In this document: one piece after another, positions 37,001-52,297 of the stretch | How the letters are laid out: the number at the start of each line of letters is the position of its first letter | Numbering within the stretch: the first letter of the stretch is position 1 | Assembly (NCBI GenBank): GCA_964057225.1 | Contig: OZ059899.1 | Location: 3,906,001-3,970,000, forward strand | DNA length: 64,000 nt | Origin: Auanema rhodensis | Taxonomy: Eukaryota; Animalia; Nematoda | Reading direction: 5' to 3' | Made by a program: the position numbers and the translations under genes | The notes under the pieces: generated by a model | The model's database searches: none | What the model saw: only the letters and a program-made list of their open reading frames with translations | Told to the model about the DNA's origin: nothing

Positions 37001-40000
37001 ATCTAAAAACATCTACTTTTTGCTAAATTATTTTGAAATTTTTCGAAAAAATTTTTGTCAAAATGTTTTTGGAAGCAATGTTGAGTGTACATGGAAACTC
37101 AACATACACTAATGCATCATTTTTCAAACGATCATAACTAATTTTTGTATCAAGTGTTTCTCAATGTAGTATAGTGCATTCGATGCGGATTTTTAAGCTG
37201 CGTCGATCTGTGTTATCAGATTTGCGCTAGCTTAAAAATGCACCGAGATATCAACTGATATAAGTTCACACTTATATCCTCGATTTTCACCCTGAAGAAT
37301 TAATTTTTTCGTTGAATAACATTGTCCATCGTCTTTGCCTTGAAAAATGGAATCTAAAAACATCTACTTTTTGCTAAATTATTTTGAAATTTTTCGAAAA
37401 AATTTTTGTCAAAATGTTTTTGGAAGCAATGTTGAGTGCACATGGAAACTCAACATACACTAATGCATCATTTTTCAAACGATCATAACTAATTTTTGTA
37501 TTAAGCGTTTCTCAATGTAGTATAGTGCATTCGATGCGGATTTTTAAGCTGCGTCGATCTGTGTTATCAGATTTGCGCTAGCTTAAAAATGCACCGAGAT
37601 ATCAACTGATATAAGTTCACACATATATACCCGATTTTCACCCTGAAGAATTAATTTTTTCGTTGAATAACATTGTCCATCGTCTTTGCCTTGAAAAAAG
37701 GAATCTAAAAACATCTACTTTTTGCTAAATTATTCTGAAATTTTTCGAAAAAATTTTTGTCAAAATGTTTTTGGAAGCAATGTTGAGTGTACATGGAAAC
37801 TCAACATACACTAATGCATCATTTTTCAAACGATCATAACTAATTTTTGTATTAAGCGTTTCTCAATGTAGTATAGTGCATTCGATGCGGATTTTTAAGC
37901 TGCGTCGATCTGTGTTATCAGATTTGCGCTAGCTTAAAAATGCACCGAGATATCAACTGATATAAGTTCACACTTATATCCTCGATTTTCACCCTGAAGA
38001 ATTAATTTTTTCGTTGAATAACATTGTCCATCGTCTTTGCCTTGAAAAAAGGAATCTAAAAACATCTACTTTTTGCTAAATTATTTTGAAATTTTTCGAA
38101 AAAATTTTTGTCAAAATGTTTTTGGAAGCAATGTTGAGTGTACATGGAAACTCAACATACACTAATGCATCATTTTTCAAACGATCATAACTAATTTTTG
38201 TATCAAGTGTTTCTCAATGTAGTATAGTGCATTCGATGCGGATTTTTAAGCTGCGTCGATCTGTGTTATCAGATTTGCGCTAGCTTAAAAATGCACCGAG
38301 ATATCAACTGATATAAGTTCACACTTATATCCTCGATTTTCACCCTGAAGAATTAATTTTTTCGTTGAATAACATTGTCCATCGTCTTTGCCTTGAAAAA
38401 AGGAATCTAAAAACATCTACTTTTTGCTAAATTATTTTGAAATTTTTCGAAAAAATTTTTGTCAAAATGTTTTTGGAAGCAATGTTGAGTGTACATGGAA
38501 ACTCAACATACACTAATGCATCATTTTTCAAACGATCATAACTAATTTTTGTATCAAGTGTTTCTCAATGTAGTATAGTGCATTCGATGCGGATTTTTAA
38601 GCTGCGTCGATCTGTGTTATCAGATTTGCGCTAGCTTAAAAATGCACCGAGATATCAACTGATATAAGTTCACACTTATATCCTCGATTTTCACCCTGAA
38701 GAATTAATTTTTTCGTTGAATAACATTGTCCATCGTCTTTGCCTTGAAAAATGGAATCTAAAAACATCTACTTTTTGCTAAATTATTTTGAAATTTTTCG
38801 AAAAAATTTTTGTCAAAATGTTTTTGGAAGCAATGTTGAGTGCACATGGAAACTCAACATACACTAATGCATCATTTTTCAAACGATCATAACTAATTTT
38901 TGTATTAAGCGTTTCTCAATGTAGTATAGTGCATTCGATGCGGATTTTTAAGCTGCGTCGATCTGTGTTATCAGATTTGCGCTAGCTTAAAAATGCACCG
39001 AGATATCAACTGATATAAGTTCACACATATATACCCGATTTTCACCCTGAAGAATTAATTTTTTCGTTGAATAACATTGTCCATCGTCTTTGCCTTGAAA
39101 AAAGGAATCTAAAAACATCTACTTTTTGCTAAATTATTCTGAAATTTTTCGAAAAAATTTTTGTCAAAATGTTTTTGGAAGCAATGTTGAGTGTACATGG
39201 AAACTCAACATACACTAATGCATCATTTTTCAAACGATCATAACTAATTTTTGTATTAAGCGTTTCTCAATGTAGTATAGTGCATTCGATGCGGATTTTT
39301 AAGCTGCGTCGATCTGTGTTATCAGATTTGCGCTAGCTTAAAAATGCACCGAGATATCAACTGATATAAGTTCACACTTATATCCTCGATTTTCACCCTG
39401 AAGAATTAATTTTTTCGTTGAATAACATTGTCCATCGTCTTTGCCTTGAAAAAAGGAATCTAAAAACATCTACTTTTTGCTAAATTATTTTGAAATTTTT
39501 CGAAAAAATTTTTGTCAAAATGTTTTTGGAAGCAATGTTGAGTGTACATGGAAACTCAACATACACTAATGCATCATTTTTCAAACGATCATAACTAATT
39601 TTTGTATTAAGCGTTTCTCAATGTAGTATAGTGCATTCGATGCGGATTTTTAAGCTGCGTCGATCTGTGTTATCAGATTTGCGCTAGCTTAAAAATGCAC
39701 CGAGATATCAACTGATATAAGTTCACACTTATATCCTCGATTTTCACCCTGAAGAATTAATTTTTTCGTTGAATAACCTTGTCCATCGTCTTTTCCTTGA
39801 AAAATGGAATCTAAAAACATCTACTTTTTGCTAAATTATTTTGAAATTTTTCGAAAAAATTTTTGTCAAAATGTTTTTGGAAGCAATGTTGAGTGTACAT
39901 GGAAACTCAACATACACTAATGCATCATTTTTCAAACGATCATAACTAATTTTTGTATTAAGCGTTTCTCAATGTAGTATAGTGCATTCGATGCGGATTT

Positions 40001-43000
40001 TCAAGCTGCGTCGATCTGTGTTATCAGATTTGCGCTAGCTTAAAAATGCACCGAGATATCAACTGATATAAGTTCACACATATATACCCGATTTTCACCC
40101 TGAAGAATTAATTTTTTCGTTGAATAACATTGTCCATCGTCTTTGCCTTGAAGAAAGGAATCTAAAAACATCTACTTTTTGCTAAATTATTCTGAAATTT
40201 TTTGAAAAAATTTTTGTCAAAATGTTTTTGGAAGCAATGTTGAGTGTACATGGAAACTCAACATACACTAATGCATCATTTTTCAAACGATCATAACTAA
40301 TTTTTGTATCAAGTGTTTCTCAATGTAGTATAGTGCATTCGATGCGGATTTTTAAGCTGCGTCGATCTGTGTTATCAGATTTGCGCTAGCTTAAAAATGC
40401 ACCGAGATATCAACTGATATAAGTTCACACTTATATCCTCGATTTTCACCCTGAAGAATTAATTTTTTCGTTGAATAACATTGTCCATCGTCTTTGCCTT
40501 GAAAAATGGAATCTAAAAACATCTACTTTTTGCTAAATTATTTTGAAATTTTTCGAAAAAATTTTTGTCAAAATGTTTTTAGAAGCAATGTTGAGTGTAC
40601 ATGGAAACTCAACATACACTAATGCATCATTTTTCAAACGATCATAACTAATTTTTGTATCAAGTGTTTCTCAATGTAGTATAGTGCATTCGATGCGGAT
40701 TTTTAAGCTGCGTCGATCTGTGTTATCAGATTTGCGCTAGCTTAAAAATGCACCGATATATCAACTGATATAAGTTCACACTTATATCCTCGATTTTCAC
40801 CCTGAAGAATTAATTTTTTCGTTGAATAACATTGTCCATCGTCTTTGCCTTGAAAAATGGAATCTAAAAACATCTACTTTTTGCTAAATTATTTTGAAAT
40901 TTTTCGAAAAAATTTCTGTCAAAATGTTTTTGGAAGCAATGTTGAGTGTACATGGAAACTCAACATACACTAATGCATCATTTTTCAAACGATCATAACT
41001 AATTTTTGTATCAAGTGTTTCTCAATGTAGTATAGTGCATTCGATGCGGATTTTTAAGCTGCGTCGATCTGTGTTATCAGATTTGCGCTAGCTTAAAAAT
41101 GCACCGATATATCAACTGATATAAGTTCACACTTATATCCTCGATTTTCACCCTGAAGAATTAATTTTTTCGTTGAATAACATTGTCCATCGTCTTTGCC
41201 TTGAAAAATGGAATCTAAAAACATCTACTTTTTGCTAAATTATTTTGAAATTTTTCGAAAAAATTTCTGTCAAAATGTTTTTGGAAGCAATGTTGAGTGT
41301 ACATGGAAACTCAACATACACTAATGCATCATTTTTCAAACGATCATAACTAATTTTTGTATTAAGCGTTTCTCAATGTAGTATAGTGCATTCGATGCGG
41401 ATTTTCAAGCTGCGTCGATCTGTGTTATCAGAATTGCGCTAGCTTAAAGATGCACCGAGATATCAACTGATATAAGTTCACACATATATACCCGATTTTC
41501 ACCCTGAAGAATTAATTTTTTCGTTGAATAACATTGTCCATCGTCTTTGCCTTGAAAAAAGGAATCTAAAAACATCTACTTTTTGCTAAATTATTTTGAA
41601 ATTTTTCGAAAAAATTTTTGTCAAAATGTTTTTGGAAGCAATGTTGAGTGTACATGGAAACTCAACATACACTAATGCATCATTTTTCAAACGATCATAA
41701 CTAATTTTTGTATTAAGCGTTTCTCAATGTAGTATAGTGCATTCGATGCGGATTTTTAAGCTGCGTCGATCTGTGTTATCAGATTTGCGCTAGCTTAAAA
41801 ATGCACCGAGATATCAACTGATATAAGTTCACACTTATATCCTCGATTTTCACCCTGAAGAATTAATTTTTTCGTTGAATAACATTGTCCATCGTCTTTG
41901 CCTTGAAAAATGGAATCTAAAAACATCTACTTTTTGCTAAATTATTTTGAAATTTTTCGAAAAAATTTCTGTCAAAATGTTTTTGGAAGCAATGTTGAGT
42001 GTACATGGAAACTCAACATACACTAATGCATCATTTTTCAAACGATCATAACTAATTTTTGTATTAAGCGTTTCTCAATGTAGTATAGTGCATTCGATGC
42101 GGATTTTTAAGCTGCGTCGATCTGTGTTATCAGATTTGCGCTAGCTTAAAAATGCACCGAGATATCAACTGATATAAGTTCACACTTATATCCTCGATTT
42201 TCACCCTGAAGAATTAATTTTTTCGTTGAATAACCTTGTCCATCGTCTTTTCCTTGAAAAATGGAATCTAAAAACATCTACTTTTTGCTAAATTATTTTG
42301 AAATTTTTCGAAAAAATTTCTGTCAAAATGTTTTTGGAAGCAATGTTGAGTGTACATGGAAACTCAACATACACTAATGCATCATTTTTCAAACGATCAT
42401 AACTAATTTTTGTATTAAGCGTTTCTCAATGTAGTATAGTGCATTCGATGCGGATTTTTAAGCTGCGTCGATCTGTGTTATCAGATTTGCGCTAGCTTAA
42501 AAATGCACCGAGAGATCAACTGATATAAGTTCACACTTATATCCTCGATTTTCACCCTGAAGAATTAATTTTTTCGTTGAATAACATTGTCCATCGTCTT
42601 TGCCTTGAAAAAAGGAATCTAAAAACATCTACTTTTTGCTAAATTATTTTGAAATTTTTCGAAAAAATTTTTGTCAAAATGTTTTTGGAAGCAATGTTGA
42701 GTGTACATGGAAACTCAACATACACTAATGCATCATTTTTCAAACGATCATAACTAATTTTTGTATTAAGCGTTTCTCAATGTAGTATAGTGCATTCGAT
42801 GCGGATTTTTAAGCTGCGTCGATCTGTGTTATCAGATTTGCGCTAGCTTAAAAATGCACCGAGATATCAACTGATATAAGTTCACACTTATATCCTCGAT
42901 TTTCACCCTGAAGAATTAATTTTTTCGTTGAATAACCTTGTCCATCGTCTTTTCCTTGAAAAATGGAATCTAAAAACATCTACTTTTTGCTAAATTATTT

Positions 43001-46000
43001 TGAAATTTTTCGAAAAAATTTTTGTCAAAATGTTTTTGGAAGCAATGTTGAGTGTACATGGAAACTCAACATACACTAATGCATCATTTTTCAAACGATC
43101 ATAACTAATTTTTGTATTAAGCGTTTCTGAATGTAGTATAGTGCATTCGATGCGGATTTTCAAGCTGCGTCGATCTGTGTTATCAGATTTGCGCTAGCTT
43201 AAAAATGCACCGAGATATCAACTGATATAAGTTCACACATATATACCCGATTTTCACCCTGAAGAATTAATTTTTTCGTTGAATAACATTGTCCATCGTC
43301 TTTGCCTTGAAAAAAGGAATCTAAAAACATCTACTTTTTGCTAAATTATTCTGAAAGTTTTCGAAAAAATTTTTGTCAAAATGTTTTTGGAAGCAATGTT
43401 GAGTGTACATGGAAACTCAACATACACTAATGCATCATTTTTCAAACGATCATAACTAATTTTTGTATCAAGTGTTTCTCAATGAAGTATAGTGCATTCG
43501 ATGCGGATTTTTAAGTTGCGTCGATCTGTGTTATCAGATTTGCGCTAGCTTAAAAATGCACCGAGATATCAACTGATATAAGTTCACACATATATGACCG
43601 ATTTTCACCCTGAAGAATTAATTTTTTCGTTGAATAACATTGTCCATCGTCTTTGCCTTGAAAAAAGGAATCTAAAAACATCTACTTTTTGCTAAATTAT
43701 TCTGAAATTTTTCGAAAAAATTTTTGTCAAAATGTTTTTGGAAGCAATGTTGAGTGTACATGGAAACTCAACATACACTAATGCATCATTTTTCAAACGA
43801 TCATAACTAATTTTTGTATCAAGTGTTTCTCAATGTAGTATAGTGCATTCGATGCGGATTTTCAAGCTGCGTCGATCTGTGTTATCAGATTTGCGCTAGC
43901 TTAAAGATGCACCGAGATATCAACTGATATAAGTTTACACTTATATCCTCGATTTTCACCCTGAAGAATTAATTTTTTCGTTGAATAACATTGTCCATCG
44001 TCTTTGCCTTGAAAAAAGGAATCTAAAAACATCTACTTTTTGCTAATTTATTTTGAAATTTTTCGAAAAAATTTTTGTCAAAATGTTTTTGGAAGCAATG
44101 TTGAGTGTACATGGAAACTCAACATACACTAATGCATCATTTTTCAAACGATCATAACTAATTTTTGTATTAAGCGTTTCTCAATGTAGTATAGTGCATT
44201 CGATGCGGATTTTCAAGCTGCGTCGATCTGTGTTATCAGATTTGCGCTAGCTTAAAAATGCACCGAGATATCAACTGATATAAGTTCACACATATATACC
44301 CGATTTTCACCCTGAAGAATTAATTTTTTCGTTGAATAACATTGTCCATCGTCTTTGCCTTGAAAAAAGGAATCTAAAAACATCTACTTTTTGCTAAATT
44401 ATTCTGAAATTTTTCGAAAAAATTTTTGTCAAAATGTTTTTGGAAGCAATGTTGAGTGTACATGGAAACTCAACATACACTAATGCATCATTTTTCAAAC
44501 GATCATAACTAATTTTTGTATCTAGTGTTTCTTAATGTAGTATAGTGCATTCGATGCGAATTTTTAAGCTGCGTCGATCTGTGTTATCAGATTTGCGCTA
44601 GCTTAAAAATGCACCGATATATCAACTGATATAAGTTCACACTTATATCCTCGATTTTCACCCTGAAGAGATAATTTTTTCATTGAATAACATTGTCCAT
44701 CGTCTTTGCCTTGAAAAATGGAATCTAAAAACATCTACTTTTTGCTAAATTATTTTGAAATTTTTCGAAAAAATTTCTGTCAAAATGTTTTTGGAAGCAA
44801 TGTTGAGTGTACATGGAAACTCAACATACACTAATGCATCATTTTTCAAACGATCATAACTAATTTTTGTATCAAGTGTTTCTCAATGTAGTATAGTGCA
44901 TTCGATGCGGATTTTTAAGCTGCGTCGATCTGTGTTATCAGATTTGCGCTAGCTTAAAAATGCACCGATATATCAACTGATATAAGTTCACACTTATATC
45001 CTCGATTTTCACCCTGAAGAATTAATTTTTTCGTTGAATAACATTGTCCATCGTCTTTGCCTTGAAAAATGGAATCTAAAAACATCTACTTTTTGCTAAA
45101 TTATTTTGAAATTTTTCGAAAAAATTTCTGTCAAAATGTTTTTGGAAGCAATGTTGAGTGTACATGGAAACTCAACATACACTAATGCATCATTTTTCAA
45201 ACGATCATAACTAATTTTTGTATCAAGTGTTTCTCAATGTAGTATAGTGCATTCGATGCGGATTTTCAAGCTGCGTCGATCTGTGTTATCAGATTTGCGC
45301 TAGCTTAAAGATGCACCGAGATATCAACTGATATAAGTTCACACATATATACCCGATTTTCACCCTGAAGAATTAATTTTTTCGTTGAATAACATTGTCC
45401 ATCGTCTTTGCCTTGAAAAAAGGAATCTAAAAACATCTACTTTTTGCTAAATTATTTTGAAATTTTTCGAAAAAATTTTTGTCAAAATGTTTTTGGAAGC
45501 AATGTTGAGTGTACATGGAAACTCAACATACACTAATGCATCATTTTTCAAACGATCATAACTAATTTTTGTATTAAGCGTTTCTCAATGTAGTATAGTG
45601 CATTCGATGCGGATTTTTAAGCTGCGTCGATCTGTGTTATCAGATTTGCGCTAGCTTAAAAATGCACCGAGATATCAACTGATATAAGTTCACACTTATA
45701 TCCTCGATTTTCACCCTGAAGAATTAATTTTTTCGTTGAATAACCTTGTCCATCGTCTTTTCCTTGAAAAATGGAATCTAAAAACATCTACTTTTTGCTA
45801 AATTATTTTGAAATTTTTCGAAAAAATTTTTGTCAAAATGTTTTTGGAAGCAATGTTGAGTGTACATGGAAACTCAACATACACTAATGCATCATTTTTC
45901 AAACGATCATAACTAATTTTTGTATTAAGCGTTTCTCAATGTAGTATAGTGCATTCGATGCGGATTTTTAAGCTGCGTCGATCTGTGTTATCAGATTTGC

Positions 46001-46330
46001 GCTAGCTTAAAAATGCACCGAGATATCAACTGATATAAGTTCACACTTATATCCTCGATTTTCACCCTGAAGAATTAATTTTTTCGTTGAATAACCTTGT
46101 CCATCGTCTTTTCCTTGAAAAATGGAATCTAAAAACATCTACTTTTTGCTAAATTATTTTGAAATTTTTCGAAAAAATTTTTGTCAAAATGTTTTTGGAA
46201 GCAATGTTGAGTGTACATGGAAACTCAACATACACTAATGCATCATTTTTCAAACGATCATAACTAATTTTTGTATTAAGCGTTTCTCAATGTAGTATAG
46301 TGCATTCGATGCGGATTTTCAAGCTGCGTC

Positions 46331-49138
46331 GATCTGTGTTATCAGATTTGCGCTAGCTTAAAAATGCACCGAGATATCAACTGATATAAGTTCACACATA
46401 TATACCCGATTTTCACCCTGAAGAATTAATTTTTTCGTTGAATAACATTGTCCATCGTCTTTGCCTTGAAAAAAGGAATCTAAAAACATCTACTTTTTGC
46501 TAAATTATTCTGAAATTTTTCGAAAAAATTTTTGTCAAAATGTTTTTGGAAGCAATGTTGAGTGTACATGGAAACTCAACATACACTAATGCATCATTTT
46601 TCAAACGATCATAACTAATTTTTGTATCAAGTGTTTCTCAATGTAGTATAGTGCATTCGATGCGGATTTTTAAGCTGCGTCGATCTGTGTTATCAGATTT
46701 GCGCTAGCTTAAAAATGCACCGAGATATCAACTGATATAAGTTCACACTTATATCCTCGATTTTCACCCTGAAGAATTAATTTTTTCGTTGAATAACATT
46801 GTCCATCGTCTTTGCCTTGAAAAATGGAATCTAAAAACATCTACTTTTTGCTAAATTATTTTGAAATTTTTCGAAAAAATTTTTGTCAAAATGTTTTTGG
46901 AAGCAATGTTGAGTGTACATGGAAACTCAACATACACTAATGCATCATTTTTCAAACGATCATAACTAATTTTTGTATCAAGTGTTTCTCAATGTAGTAT
47001 AGTGCATTCGATGCGAATTTTTAAGCTGCGTCGATCTGTGTTATCAGATTTGCGCTAGCTTAAAAATGCACCGATATATCAACTGATATAAGTTCACACT
47101 TATATCCTCGATTTTCACCCTGAAGAATTAATTTTTTCGTTGAATAACATTGTCCATCGTCTTTGCCTTGAAAAAAGGAATCTAAAAACATCTACTTTTT
47201 GCTAAATTATTCTGAAATTTTTCGAAAAAATTTTTGTCAAAATGTTTTTGGAAGCAATGTTGAGTGTACATGGAAACTCAACATACACTAATGCATCATT
47301 TTTCAAACGATCATAACTAATTTTTGTATCAAGTGTTTCTCAATGTAGTATAGTGCATTCGATGCGGATTTTCAAGCTGCGTCGATCTGTGTTATCAGAT
47401 TTGCGCTAGCTTAAAGATGCACCGAGATATCAACTGATATAAGTTTACACTTATATCCTCGATTTTCACCCTGAAGAATTAATTTTTTCGTTGAATAACA
47501 TTGTCCATCGTCTTTGCCTTGAAAAAAGGAATCTAAAAACATCTACTTTTTGCTAATTTATTTTGAAATTTTTCGAAAAAATTTTTGTCAAAATGTTTTT
47601 GGAAGCAATGTTGAGTGTACATGGAAACTCAACATACACTAATGCATCATTTTTCAAACGATCATAACTAATTTTTGTATTAAGCGTTTCTCAATGTAGT
47701 ATAGTGCATTCGATGCGGATTTTCAAGCTGCGTCGATCTGTGTTATCAGATTTGCGCTAGCTTAAAAATGCACCGAGATATCAACTGATATAAGTTCACA
47801 CATATATACCCGATTTTCACCCTGAAGAATTAATTTTTTCGTTGAATAACATTGTCCATCGTCTTTGCCTTGAAAAAAGGAATCTAAAAACATCTACTTT
47901 TTGCTAAATTATTCTGAAATTTTTCGAAAAAATTTTTGTCAAAATGTTTTTGGAAGCAATGTTGAGTGTACATGGAAACTCAACATACACTAATGCATCA
48001 TTTTTCAAACGATCATAACTAATTTTTGTATCAAGTGTTTCTCAATGTAGTATAGTGCATTCGATGCGGATTTTTAAGCTGCGTCGATCTGTGTTATCAG
48101 ATTTGCGCTAGCTTAAAAATGCACCGAGATATCAACTGATATAAGTTCACACTTATATCCTCGATTTTCACCCTGAAGAATTAATTTTTTCGTTGAATAA
48201 CATTGTCCATCGTCTTTGCCTTGAAAAATGGAATCTAAAAACATCTACTTTTTGCTAAATTATTTTGAAATTTTTCGAAAAAATTTTTGTCAAAATGTTT
48301 TTGGAAGCAATGTTGAGTGTACATGGAAACTCAACATACACTAATGCATCATTTTTCAAACGATCATAACTAATTTTTGTATCAAGTGTTTCTCAATGTA
48401 GTATAGTGCATTCGATGCGAATTTTTAAGCTGCGTCGATCTGTGTTATCAGATTTGCGCTAGCTTAAAAATGCACCGATATATCAACTGATATAAGTTCA
48501 CACTTATATCCTCGATTTTCACCCTGAAGAATTAATTTTTTCGTTGAATAACATTGTCCATCGTCTTTGCCTTGAAAAAAGGAATCTAAAAACATCTACT
48601 TTTTGCTAAATTATTCTGAAATTTTTCGAAAAAATTTTTGTCAAAATGTTTTTGGAAGCAATGTTGAGTGTACATGGAAACTCAACATACACTAATGCAT
48701 CATTTTTCAAACGATCATAACTAATTTTTGTATCAAGTGTTTCTCAATGTAGTATAGTGCATTCGATGCGGATTTTCAAGCTGCGTCGATCTGTGTTATC
48801 AGATTTGCGCTAGCTTAAAGATGCACCGAGATATCAACTGATATAAGTTTACACTTATATCCTCGATTTTCACCCTGAAGAATTAATTTTTTCGTTGAAT
48901 AACATTGTCCATCGTCTTTGCCTTGAAAAAAGGAATCTAAAAACATCTACTTTTTGCTAATTTATTTTGAAATTTTTCGAAAAAATTTTTGTCAAAATGT
49001 TTTTGGAAGCAATGTTGAGTGTACATGGAAACTCAACATACACTAATGCATCATTTTTCAAACGATCATAACTAATTTTTGTATTAAGCGTTTCTCAATG
49101 TAGTATAGTGCATTCGATGCGGATTTTCAAGCTGCGTC
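46331..49138. repeat. 4-monomer (1404-bp) duplication, M133-136 / M137-140
   Basis: The series GCGAATTT, CCGATATAT, AAAGATG+GCTAATTTA is repeated at 1404-bp spacing. Confidence 0.85.
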
Positions 49139-52100
49139 GATCTGTGTTATCAGATTTGCGCTAGCTTAAAAATGCACCGAGATATCAACTGATATAAGTT
49201 CACACATATATACCCGATTTTCACCCTGAAGAATTAATTTTTTCGTTGAATAACATTGTCCATCGTCTTTGCCTTGAAAAAAGGAATCTAAAAACATCTA
49301 CTTTTTGCTAAATTATTCTGAAATTTTTCGAAAAAATTTTTGTCAAAATGTTTTTGGAAGCAATGTTGAGTGTACATGGAAACTCAACATACACTAATGC
49401 ATCATTTTTCAAACGATCATAACTAATTTTTGTATCAAGTGTTTCTCAATGTAGTATAGTGCATTCGATGCGGATTTTCAAGCTGCGTCGATCTGTGTTA
49501 TCAGATTTGCGCTAGCTTAAAGATGCACCGAGATATCAACTGATATAAGTTTACACTTATATCCTCGATTTTCACCCTGAAGAATTAATTTTTTCGTTGA
49601 ATAACATTGTCCATCGTCTTTGCCTTGAAAAAAGGAATCTAAAAACATCTACTTTTTGCTAATTTATTTTGAAATTTTTCGAAAAAATTTTTGTCAAAAT
49701 GTTTTTGGAAGCAATGTTGAGTGTACATGGAAACTCAACATACACTAATGCATCATTTTTCAAACGATCATAACTAATTTTTGTATTAAGCGTTTCTCAA
49801 TGTAGTATAGTGCATTCGATGCGGATTTTCAAGCTGCGTCGATCTGTGTTATCAGATTTGCGCTAGCTTAAAGATGCACCGAGATATCAACTGATATAAG
49901 TTTACACTTATATCCTCGATTTTCACCCTGAAGAATTAATTTTTTCGTTGAATAACATTGTCCATCGTCTTTGCCTTGAAAAAAGGAATCTAAAAACATC
50001 TACTTTTTGCTAATTTATTTTGAAATTTTTCGAAAAAATTTTTGTCAAAATGTTTTTGGAAGCAATGTTGAGTGTACATGGAAACTCAACATACACTAAT
50101 GCATCATTTTTCAAACGATCATAACTAATTTTTGTATTAAGCGTTTCTCAATGTAGTATAGTGCATTCGATGCGGATTTTCAAGCTGCGTCGATCTGTGT
50201 TATCAGATTTGCGCTAGCTTAAAAATGCACCGAGATATCAACTGATATAAGTTCACACATATATACCCGATTTTCACCCTGAAGAATTAATTTTTTCGTT
50301 GAATAACATTGTCCATCGTCTTTGCCTTGAAAAAAGGAATCTAAAAACATCTACTTTTTGCTAAATTATTCTGAAATTTTTCGAAAAAATTTTTGTCAAA
50401 ATGTTTTTGGAAGCAATGTTGAGTGTACATGGAAACTCAACATACACTAATGCATCATTTTTCAAACGATCATAACTAATTTTTGTATCTAGTGTTTCTT
50501 AATGTAGTATAGTGCATTCGATGCGAATTTTTAAGCTGCGTCGATCTGTGTTATCAGATTTGCGCTAGCTTAAAAATGCACCGATATATCAACTGATATA
50601 AGTTCACACTTATATCCTCGATTTTCACCCTGAAGAGATAATTTTTTCATTGAATAACATTGTCCATCGTCTTTGCCTTGAAAAATGGAATCTAAAAACA
50701 TCTACTTTTTGCTAAATTATTTTGAAATTTTTCGAAAAAATTTCTGTCAAAATGTTTTTGGAAGCAATGTTGAGTGTACATGGAAACTCAACATACACTA
50801 ATGCATCATTTTTCAAACGATCATAACTAATTTTTGTATCAAGTGTTTCTCAATGTAGTATAGTGCATTCGATGCGGATTTTTAAGCTGCGTCGATCTGT
50901 GTTATCAGATTTGCGCTAGCTTAAAAATGCACCGATATATCAACTGATATAAGTTCACACTTATATCCTCGATTTTCACCCTGAAGAATTAATTTTTTCG
51001 TTGAATAACATTGTCCATCGTCTTTGCCTTGAAAAATGGAATCTAAAAACATCTACTTTTTGCTAAATTATTTTGAAATTTTTCGAAAAAATTTCTGTCA
51101 AAATGTTTTTGGAAGCAATGTTGAGTGTACATGGAAACTCAACATACACTAATGCATCATTTTTCAAACGATCATAACTAATTTTTGTATCAAGTGTTTC
51201 TCAATGTAGTATAGTGCATTCGATGCGGATTTTCAAGCTGCGTCGATCTGTGTTATCAGATTTGCGCTAGCTTAAAGATGCACCGAGATATCAACTGATA
51301 TAAGTTCACACATATATACCCGATTTTCACCCTGAAGAATTAATTTTTTCGTTGAATAACATTGTCCATCGTCTTTGCCTTGAAAAAAGGAATCTAAAAA
51401 CATCTACTTTTTGCTAAATTATTTTGAAATTTTTCGAAAAAATTTTTGTCAAAATGTTTTTGGAAGCAATGTTGAGTGTACATGGAAACTCAACATACAC
51501 TAATGCATCATTTTTCAAACGATCATAACTAATTTTTGTATTAAGCGTTTCTCAATGTAGTATAGTGCATTCGATGCGGATTTTTAAGCTGCGTCGATCT
51601 GTGTTATCAGATTTGCGCTAGCTTAAAAATGCACCGAGATATCAACTGATATAAGTTCACACTTATATCCTCGATTTTCACCCTGAAGAATTAATTTTTT
51701 CGTTGAATAACCTTGTCCATCGTCTTTTCCTCGAAAAATGGAATCTAAAAACATCTACTTTTTGCTAAATTATTTTGAAATTTTTCGAAAAAATTTTTGT
51801 CAAAATGTTTTTGGAAGCAATGTTGAGTGTACATGGAAACTCAACATACACTAATGCATCATTTTTCAAACGATCATAACTAATTTTTGTATTAAGCGTT
51901 TCTCAATGTAGTATAGTGCATTCGATGCGGATTTTCAAGCTGCGTCGATCTGTGTTATCAGATTTGCGCTAGCTTAAAAATGCACCGAGATATCAACTGA
52001 TATAAGTTCACACATATATACCCGATTTTCACCCTGAAGAATTAATTTTTTCGTTGAATAACATTGTCCATCGTCTTTGCCTTGAAAAAAGGAATCTAAA

Positions 52101-52297
52101 AACATCTACTTTTTGCTAAATTATTCTGAAATTTTTCGAAAAAATTTTTGTCAAAATGTTTTTGGAAGCAATGTTGAGTGTACATGGAAACTCAACATAC
52201 ACTAATGCATCATTTTTCAAACGATCATAACTAATTTTTGTATCAAGTGTTTCTCAATGTAGTATAGTGCATTCGATGCGGATTTTTAAGCTGCGTC

